Below, piece after piece: positions 27,201 to 36,918 of a DNA stretch of 64,000 nucleotides. The stretch lies in assembly GCF_009914755.1 (NCBI RefSeq), contig NC_060945.1; one strand, 5' to 3'. The notes below the pieces were generated by a model, which ran no database searches, was not told the origin of the DNA, and was given only the letters and a program-made list of their open reading frames with translations. How positions within the stretch are numbered: the first letter of the stretch is position 1; each line of letters begins with the position of its first letter. This stretch comes from the human T2T-CHM13v2.0 reference genome, Homo sapiens. The position numbers were made by a program, and so were the translations under genes.

Positions 27201-30200
27201 CTTGGTGTTGTCTACATTTTACTTATACTTAAATTTAGCAAAGTAATTTTAGCTCACCCTCCTTCACTACCTTCACTAGACTTTGCAATGTTACAAACAT
27301 GAAGCATTCAAGCCTCTTTCTAATATGAAAATGTTTTAAATAAAAGATAAAGTTAAAAGGGAAAGATGCCCCTTTTAACTTTAACTTTTAACTTTTTTAG
27401 CTATGTTGAAGAACTGGTTCGGGTGACAGCCCAGCCATTGGAAAAGCCATTGGAAAACTCCCGCTGTTGTTTATTTACAAAATAACTGCTTTCAATCAAT
27501 CATTGTGAGAGGTCCGTACACTGACAATGCATAATGGACAACTAATTAACTGACCCCTAATAAGAGTGTGGGAAATACCAGGGAGAATGCTATCATGCAA
27601 GGAACAGCAACAATATGGAGGGGTGGCTGGTCACTGCCAAGCATGAGCATCCCCAAATACCGCAGTGATTTTCAGAGTTTTCAAAAAGCCCTACTCACAC
27701 CACTGCCACTAAGTACCATAATCATCGGAAACTGTGCCCCAAAGATCTGAACGTCCCTGTTACATCAGCCTATTTTTCTTACAAATGTTGCTGCTAAGGT
27801 TCAAATTCAAGGTGTAGAACATTAAACAATAGCTGTATTGTGAAGGACCATGCTCCCTGGGAAAGCCCAAGTAACCTTACACACTGGGGAAGGAAAAAAG
27901 AACTCCTTTGCCATACTCCTGCTCTCTGGAAAACTGCTCAGACGCAAGGGGTAAAGAAGCAAAGAGGTGACAAAAAGAGACCTGCATTCAGAGAGATCAG
28001 CTGTCAACTTAAACTGAGAAGTGACCTGATGCCTCACAGAGCTGGGATTTTGCCACCTTGACCAAACTGCTTCCCAGGCTCCATAAGTCTCATTAGAAAC
28101 GTAGGTGGCTCTGTGTCGACACCTTCTCAATGGAGTTCTATGAAATAACAGGCATCAGACATTTATTCACTATGACAATGTCTTCCCACCACTCCAGATC
28201 CTATGACCGGGACTGACTTGCTATCGGTTTTTGCCTGGGAATAGGAAACGATTCCAGAAACATTAGCTCTTCTGTTTTGAGAAGAAATAAATTCCCCCTT
28301 TTATTTCTTTTTTGTTTAAAGATAGCAAGATAAAAATAAAAACTAATATTACTTTTAGAAAAAAAAAGTGTTGAAAGTTTCCTATTACCCTACTTACAAT
28401 GTGAGATGCATTTAAAAGATACATAACTTATAACATTGTAGAATAGTATGTGAGTTACACATTCCTTCTGACGTCTTTCAGAGATGCTTTCCTTCTTACT
28501 TATGTATCTGGTATTCCATTGGGATCTTAGGTCTTACCACAAATAAAATATCTGATTTTATAAGATTAAAAACTCAACAAGGTTTTTCTTTAATATAAAA
28601 GCAAAACGTGGAACGTGGAGGGGGGAATGTTTATATACAGGTGTGAATGCAGCCCCTCACACAATCCCTTCAATGGTAAATGCTAATTTTCTAAATTTTA
28701 GCTAAAGATTAAATCACCAATAATTCCTCATGAAATAACAGATAAACGTGAAATCATGTACTACAATTCTACTCTAAATTTTTTTAAATAGAATGAAGTA
28801 ATTATAAAATGTTACAAAAGAGAAGAAACTGGAATTATAAGTGCTACTGGAATTATATATTCCTTAACAAATATCTTGAGACGGATTACCCATTTGCTAA
28901 TTCAGTGTACTTTCCAAAAGCCATTGACCCAAACCGAAGCTAGGATTACCAAATGGCAAATAGCATTTGTGATGTGTGTAGCTCTTCTAAAGCCTTTCTT
29001 GAGAATTGTAAAACTTGATATATTAGCCACAAGTTTACATAGCTCACCGTTTCTGCTAGAATTATAATTTCAATGGTGTAATTAGCTTATTAATAATTTG
29101 ACACATGGTGAATTAATTTACATGGTTGGGTTCTTCGCAACGTCTGTTGCCTGATCCTCCTGTGGATGAAGGCTATGAGCTCTGGCCTGCCCCGGGAGCG
29201 GGCACCAGCCAATGCCAGCGGAGCAAGGGTTAACTTTGGGACTGTGACAGTTCTCCCTTCAGGGGCTCTAAACTACTTGGAGAGAATGGAAAACAGTCAA
29301 AAATAGTCCCAAAGGTAAATAAACTCTGTGTCCTATGTATGTCACCCAGGGAAGAATAAAATGTATTTTTACTCACATTGAAAGTTTTCTGAACTACAAA
29401 AGCTATAGAGACATGTACAGAGTGAAACCTGTAGCACATACGAATATGTTATTTTGAAAGATAAAGGAAACTATCTTTAGATTAACGATGAGTTGTATTA
29501 AATCCACATCCTCATTGAAATTGTTTATCCATTTTATTGCGCAGTGTAGTCTGCTATTAATAACAGAATTTGTCCTGTACTTAAAAGATAATTAATGCCT
29601 CTATGCATCTATGCAACATACCATAGCAATAAACGGACGATGTATTTCAGACAGAAACCAGGTAAGGCTAGCTGATAAAATACAGACTATATTTTTTTTA
29701 ACATGCCAAGTTTTGCAATTAGGGTGGTAAACTGGAGGCAAATAAACTTAACAGCTGCAGGCTGAAGAACGGAAAGGTGAAAAGACTGAGACTGAGAGTG
29801 GGAAAGGAAAGGGCTGAGAGCTGGTCCCAGAGCCGGTGTTGCGGGGTGTGCGGGAAGGCGCCGTCGGGGGTCATTCCACCATCAGGACCCAGCGGACAGT
29901 GACAACCCAGCCTCAAACCTGGTCCCTACTTTAGGCCAAGCGTCAGCTTTTTTAGTTCAACCCTGATTTCCATTCCAGACAAGGACAAATAACCTCTTGG
30001 TCGGGGCCCCAGATGAAGTCCCCGCGGTGTGCTCTCCTGGCCCTTGTCAATTTCGGGGTGCCCCCTCCTCTCCATCCGCACCCGACTGCACGCGCCTCCC
30101 TGGGACCCCGCACTGGCGAGCCGTCCCTCCCGGCGCTGGACGCCCCACCTGTCCCGGCGCCGTCGGAAGAGCCCTGCAGAGTGAGCCCCTAGGGCCACCC

Positions 30201-30278
30201 CGCTGCCTTCCTCCCCGTCCCCGCAGCCGCTGTAGCCAGCGTGGGAGCCGGGCAGGTCGCGTGGGGCGCTGGACTTAC

Positions 30279-30424
30279 CGAGAGGTTAGCGCCGCCGTCG
30301 GGGGAGGGCGTGTCCCGCACGTGTGTGTCCGCGCGTGTCCGCGCCCGCGTGTGCCAGCGCGCGTGCCTTGGCCGTGCGCGCCGAGCCGGGTCGCACTAAC
30401 TCCCTCGGCGCCGACGGGCTCAGC
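30279..30424 (-). other. ERG: ERG alternative first exon (exon 1b), 5'UTR
   Basis: The minus strand reads ...CCGACGGCGGCGCTAACCTCTCG|GTAAGTCC: a strong donor preceded by sequence I recall from ERG cDNA just before exon 2. The 5' end is approximate. Confidence 0.82.
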
Positions 30425-30746
30425 CCATGGTGTGGGCGCCGGGCTCAGGGAGGCTCCGGCTCCCGCCAATCGCGGAGCAGGGCGGCCGCCCCGACGCGCG
30501 ACTTGCGAACCCGGAGTGCGCGCCGGGGGCGGGGCAGGGACGCGTGGGCGGGAATGCACGCGCGTGGCCAGGTGCGCGTGGGTGCGAGCGCGCGGGAGTC
30601 TTCGAGTGCGCGCGTGTCCGTGTGCGCGTGGGTGTGGGTGTGCTCGCGTGTCCGTGCGCGCGCCCTCGGGGCCAAGAGCGCGGGCCGCGCGGGCAGGTTT
30701 GGACACTACGCGCCCTGCTCGGGTTTAGGACGCGGCTGGCGGCTCC

Positions 30747-30812
30747 GGGAGGAAGAGGAGGAGGAAGAGGAGGAGGCGGAGGAGGAGGAAGAGGAGGAGG
30801 GAGGCGGAGGAG
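30747..30812 (+). repeat. (GGA)n purine-rich tract between the two first exons
   Basis: GGAGGAAGAGGAGGAGGAAGAGGAGGAGGCGGAGGAGGAGGAAGAGGAGGAGGG read directly. Confidence 0.9.
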
Positions 30813-31414
30813 CAGAGGCTGGGACGGCCGGAGGAGAGAGTCCGGCCCCAGCAGGAAAGGAACCCAGGACGCGACTACTGGAGGGGCGAGGAGCAAGGGA
30901 AGGACCAGAGGGGAGGAGAGGGGGTCAGGGGAGGGAAAGTGTGGGAGGGGGAGCCGCGGGGGTGCGCGCTCCTCCTAACTCGGGGTCGCTTTTAGCGAGA
31001 AGTGATATTATTCCAGCCTCAGTGAAAACCGTTGCAAACATTGAAAATAGTAAAAGTGAAAACGGTTGCGACACTAAGACGTTTATAAAATGACCGCGGA
31101 CTGCCCTCGATGCTGATGAGAACTGGGACGACGTCGCGCAGAGCGTCCGGAGGGAGAGGCGCGGTGCCCGGGACCTCGGTCGTGGGGAGGAGCCGGATAC
31201 AGCCGCCGGGACGCGGGGATGCCGAGGGCACCGCGGCCTGGTCTGACCGACGCACGCGGTGACAGCCGCCCTTGGGAGACGACGGCGTCTGCAACCAGCA
31301 GCCTCCAAAGGGTGCAGCCAGGAGGCTCAGCTTGTCCGCCTCCGGGGCTCGGGGCTAAGCCCCTTCCAGAAGTTTTCGTTTCTACGCGAATTCCGACCGC
31401 AAAATCCAGCTTAC

Positions 31415-31537
31415 CTGAGCGCCGCTCCTCTTCTCTCATGTCCCTCGGGGGCCGTCACGACCGTCCCGGAGCGATCTCTAGGAACCTGTCCCGGAGCGAT
31501 CTCTTGCACACTCTCCCCATTCCGACCAAGTGAAAAC
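31415..31537 (-). other. ERG: ERG distal first exon (exon 1a), 5'UTR
   Basis: The minus strand reads GTTTTCACTTGGTCGGAATGGGGAGAGTGTGCAAGAGATCG...GGACATGAGAGAAGAGGAGCGGCGCTCAG, which I recognise as the 5' end of ERG mRNA. It is followed by a canonical donor, CAG|GTAAGC (GT at 31414-31413). The 3' boundary is seen directly; the 5' boundary is recalled. Confidence 0.93.
31455..31520 (-). other. uORF within exon 1a (21 aa, MGRVCKRSLRDRFLEIAPGRS)
   Basis: ATG at 31520-31518 in context GGAATGG (G at -3 and +4), with in-frame TGA at 31457-31455. Translation is not demonstrated. Confidence 0.5.
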
Positions 31538-31612
31538 TACCCATGTCCCTCCCTCTCCAAACTTTAACAGCCAAGAATTTCAGCAAACAGCCAGAAAGAA
31601 AGCTAAGTCTCC

Positions 31613-31628
31613 CCCCGCCCCCCACCCC
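31613..31628 (-). promoter_or_regulatory. GC box / CACCC box (Sp/KLF) about 80 bp upstream of exon 1a
   Basis: CCCCGCCCCC overlapping CCACCCC, at a typical proximal-promoter distance. Confidence 0.55.
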
Positions 31629-33105
31629 AAGGGAAGGGAGGGAATAAGCACTCCTTTAATTTGAAAAATAATAATTAAAACTCCCTCAACTTTTAAGGCC
31701 GAGCAACATAATCTATTAATTGGTCGCTATTAACATGCAGTTTTATTGACCATAGCACACAGAAGTCTGATTGTGAGGGAGGAGTGTTTTCAATGAAAGT
31801 GGAGTTATTTTAGCTGCAGACGTGTTTACATTTCTGTGGTTTAGTCTATAACTTTCTCTTTTTCTTGCTTCAGAATTCTGCTCCATGAAGCAAAGCCCTT
31901 AGCTCCCAGACATTCCAAAAAGTCTGCCAAAATAATAGAAAAAAAGAGAGGGAAGAAAAAACACACGGAGACCCCCAAGTCTGGGTCAGGCTCAGGGTTG
32001 GATGTGGGCAGGGTGAGTGTGCCCCCTCCCCGCGCACTTTCCAGTTAGGAAAAAAAAAAAAGTTTCAGGGCTCCATTTCCTGTTTGCTGGGGGAAAAAAA
32101 TAAAATGGACCTGAGCAGCTGAGTTTAGAAACCGCCTTTTCCAGTACCTATAGGTTCTGAGAGGATCTTTAACCCTAGAGATGCCAAAATGAGCTCATTA
32201 AAATGTGAGACTCCAGCCAAGAAAGTTTTTCCCCTGTTAAGATGGACAGCCTTCGTGAAACTACAAATGCATTCCTAGGAAATTTCTTGAACAATCAGGC
32301 ACACCATGGTAGTTGGGATACAAGCCCACCTCTCCATAGGTGGCCAAGAGAAGATACCAATAAAAATAAATATTGAAAACAGATTAAATTTCTGACAAGC
32401 ATGCACCCTTTTTGTCCCCTGAGGTACAAAGAACAGAATGTATATTTCAAAGTGGGTATTTAGTAATAGGGTCTTGTCAGTTTATCCACTCTGTGCTCGA
32501 ATCGTCATTTGCAAAGTCGATTGCATTTCCTTTAGTATTGAATGTGCTCACTAATCACACAGAAGTCCCCATACTCCAGTTCACATGGCCTTCAAAAAGA
32601 TTCGATCTGAATCTCCTTAACTACCAAATGCATATTTTGGTTCCTTTTCTTTCTAATTATTCTCCAAATATTCCAGATCCAAGATATTTCACTGGATTTT
32701 GAAATCTTCCAATTAGCCACTAATTTTCAAGTCTCACCATAGTGAACCCTTAACATTTAGGGGAATGCTTTAAAGTAAACAGGTTCTGAACCTATTCAAT
32801 AAAATCAGTAGCCCACAGGCCAATGACTCTTTTTTAATACTCTAAAAGTTTTTTAATACGCTGCCAACGTTTCTCAATCATCATCAGTATATGGTGAATA
32901 TTATCACAATATAGAACAGTGCTAAAAACAATATGCGTGCTGATGAACAAAATAACATTTAACGTTTTAAGAATAATGAACTGCACTTTAATAGTAGAAG
33001 GAACATGATTTCAAAATGAGCTCAGTAAAAACCCAATATTTGAAACAATGTTGTTTGTGACTCTCCCTCACTACCATCTCCAGTTCCCCCAAAAGACACT
33101 GCAGA

Positions 33106-33107
<2 letters not shown>

Positions 33108-33139
<32 letters not shown>
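33108..33139. repeat. (GA)16 microsatellite
   Basis: Read directly; ~1.6 kb upstream of exon 1a. Confidence 0.9.
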
Positions 33140-33143
<4 letters not shown>

Positions 33144-35168
33144 TAATTTCTTAAAATATGAAAGACGCATACCGATCCCATTCATAAAATGTGGGTCATT
33201 AACCTTGAAGAATCTCAGTATCCCAAATCCTAGAATTTTGCATATGACATCATCTCCTCCAACTGATTGCATCTTGTAGTTATAGTTAGGATGTTCTTTC
33301 TGCTGTCTAATCTAATCCCTACCTATGGCCGCAGCATTCCCTTCAGTCTGACCCATGATTTAGGTCAAATAGGAGGAAATCAGTTTCAATGAATTAAATC
33401 ATTTCAGTTAACTTGAGAGGCCGAAAGAAAACTAAGAGACAACTTCACGTTCTGTATTGCAGGACAAACATCATAATTCTAATTAAAATGTCATTTAAAA
33501 GGAAAGTTTTTATAAAAACACCACTTGACACATTCCATAAGAATTAGTATTTTAAAGTATTTCATACATGAGATGGTCTTCTTTTTATATAAAGTTTTGT
33601 GGTCGACCTAATTCATTTTAAAATCCCTTTTATCCAAAAGATGTTTTGGATTAATTTAAGTATTTGTTACTGGATAATGTCAAGCTCCTTTTCAATGAAA
33701 TGTCCTGTGTTGGGTTGTCACACCTGTTAAATATAAGCCTCCTTTTCTTTTGATATTCTGAGAAGGGCTTTAAAAGGTTTTCATCCCTCAATATGGAGAT
33801 TTAATTGCTTTACCTATAATAAAAATAATCCCTATAAAATTCAGATTGTGGATATTTCAAAGCTGAAAGAACTATTGGATTGGGATGTAAAGGTTGCAGT
33901 TCAAAAAGTCTTCCACTTTTAATATAACATGCATGGTGTTATGAGTTATAAAATCCTGGTTATCATTTTGAAAGGTCTGGTTTTTGTTGTCCTTGCACGG
34001 AGCGTCTTTGAGCTTACTTTATGGCTTAGCAGTCTGCGTGTGCGTGTGTTAAATATGGAAAGGGCAGCGTATCCCTCTACAGTAAACGCTCACAAGGGAG
34101 GAAGTCTCAGATTCTGTTTTAAACGGGGTACTGGAGTGAGGTTCCTCACACTGACCCATTCACATCTTTGGTGAGCTCAAATCTGGCTTGAAGCCATTCT
34201 GAGGATGGCCGTGGTTTGAGAAAGCAGATAGCTCTCAGGCTTCAGCCACTGCCAGGCACCTGAGCCCTACCCCCACAATCTCCACCCAATCACCTGGGAC
34301 CTTCTTTTCATCATGCAAATGGGTCGGGCAGCTCGGAAGCTCAGGAGTCATTGGAGGCCCCTGTCCTGTCCCATTCCTAGTTCTGCTTTCCCTCATGGCA
34401 AATGATTAGAACACACTCACTCAAGCAACCAAGACATGGAAGCAATGGGAATACATGTCAGAACACAACAGTTGGGGGTTCCAAGTGGAGCATCCCTGGG
34501 TCCCTCTCTCCCTCACCACCCTCACTCATTCCCTGATTTCCATCACTGACTATTAGCGAACAGGAGGACAGATGTGTGTCTTCTCTTAGGGGAGTCTCTT
34601 AACCTAGTACACAAGCATCACTATTATCTTTTATTACTTGCTGTTAAGAAGTCAGTTTTAGGTGTTCTTTATCCTTCCAGACAAACTAATTTCATGCAAC
34701 ACTCTCACCCTCTGAAGCACTTTTTTAATCTACGTCAGATGCAGTTTAAGTCTTTAGTACACACAGCAGTTCTCAATAACACGTGGTGACCACAAACTGC
34801 TCCGTAAAATTGCATAATGCTTAATTCCTATCAACTTGCATAACACACAAAATAAGTTGATATGAAACACATTGTACATCTGTCAATGAGCTTTGGTGAC
34901 AAAGGTTATACAAAATAAGTCAGGAGAGTCTATTTGTATTTTTAAAGTGGAATTACATAGAGTACAACAGGAGATTTGCTCCAGCTTTTCTGACAATTAG
35001 ACGGTTCAGTTTTGAACTTCGTATACTATGACACTAAATCTATCATGAACAATTTTGTTGTGTACATTATCATAACATGATTACTCATGAGTGTAAAACT
35101 AGTTGCAATTTTAGAAAATTGAGACAATTTCTTCTCAGTGATTTTTTTGTATCGATAAAGTCACTAGC

Positions 35169-35506
35169 TGATAGGGTTTGGCTGTGTCCTCACCCAAATC
35201 TCCCAGAATTCCCAGATGTTGTGGGAGGGGCGCAAGGGGAGGTAATTGAATCATGGGGGCCGGTCTTTCCCGTGCTATTCTCGTGATAGTGAATAAGTCT
35301 CACAAGATCTGATGGGTTTATCAGGGGTTTCCGCTTTTGCTTTTTCCTCATTTTTCTCTTGCTGCTTTCGTGTAAGAAATGCCTTTCGCCTCTTGCCATG
35401 ATTCTGAGGCCTCTCCAGCCATGTGGAACTGTAAGTCCAATCCAACCTCTTTTTCTTCCCAGTCTGGGGTATGTCTTTATCAGCAGCGTGAAAACAGACT
35501 GATACA
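35169..35506 (+). mobile_element. THE1A solo LTR
   Basis: THE1A-type GGGTTTATCAGGGGTTTCCGCTTTTGC; perfect TSD CTAGC on both sides. Confidence 0.92.
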
Positions 35507-36079
35507 CTAGCATAACAGTACATCAGTGCAAATAAAAGCAATATCTTAAGTTCTCTTTTGTATCCTAAAATAGTAAATCATTATGTTAGGATTATGGATG
35601 ACCTGATGCAATTTAAACGGGTGAAAATTCCACTGCAGATATAATGCACCAGCAATTATTAGGAATGCATGTGACCAGGTATCCAGCACTTAGCACCCAC
35701 ATGACCTTGGGCAAGTCATAACCACTTGATTAAGGCTTCAATTTTCTTATTTAATAACTGAAGCTGTTGAGGTGGATGACCTCAAATATACTAAACACAG
35801 GATCTTCCAGTGAAGAACTTGGGTTATTCATCTTCATCTCTATTCTTTGGGGTAGCGACTAATTGATTGATTAAGGGGAAACCTCTTGGGAATTTACTTC
35901 TCTTTGATAAACTCTTATGCACACACTTCTTGCTTCTCTTCAGCAGCACTGCAGCAAGAGGTGTGCCTTTCTGGGATGGGTTCTGTTACCTTTGCATCCT
36001 ATATCTACCTTGTATGGGTGGAGAACTATAGTCTACACAGCAGCGTTCTGGGGCCTGCCTCCACATCAAATACACTTTG

Positions 36080-36220
36080 ATGATGGAGCTTCAAAACTAT
36101 TGCCATCATCTGGGTGCCATCTCAGACCCAGTGAATCAGAATCTCAGGGGACAGGGAGACCACCATGGCACTGGCAGGTATATTTGAAACTCCCCAGGTA
36201 GTTGCAATGGACTTCCAGGA
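36080..36220. mobile_element. MER5A-like MITE remnant
   Basis: CAGACCCAGTGAATCAGAATCTCAGGGG...AAACTCCCCAGGT. Confidence 0.55.
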
Positions 36221-36323
36221 TAGCGGGCTTGACATTATGGCCATCAAGTGAATGATGAAGGCATTCCGAAATCTTCATCTTATCAGACATCTCTGGGAAA
36301 GCACATTTTTAAAATGAACCTCT

Positions 36324-36918
<595 letters not shown>

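Larger units (their letters stand above)
29830..31530. promoter_or_regulatory. ERG: CpG island / ERG distal promoter
   Basis: Abrupt switch to very high GC and dense CpG (CGCGCG runs, GGGGCGGGG at ~30526) against CpG-depleted flanks. Contains both first exons. Confidence 0.95.

Noticed and set aside
29926-31567. Many long overlapping ORFs (up to 256 aa, with poly-Glu, poly-Pro and Arg/Ala-rich stretches)
   Set aside because: Expected from stop-codon scarcity in a GC-rich island and the GGA tract. They occur in all frames on both strands and resemble no known protein; ERG coding exons lie outside the window.
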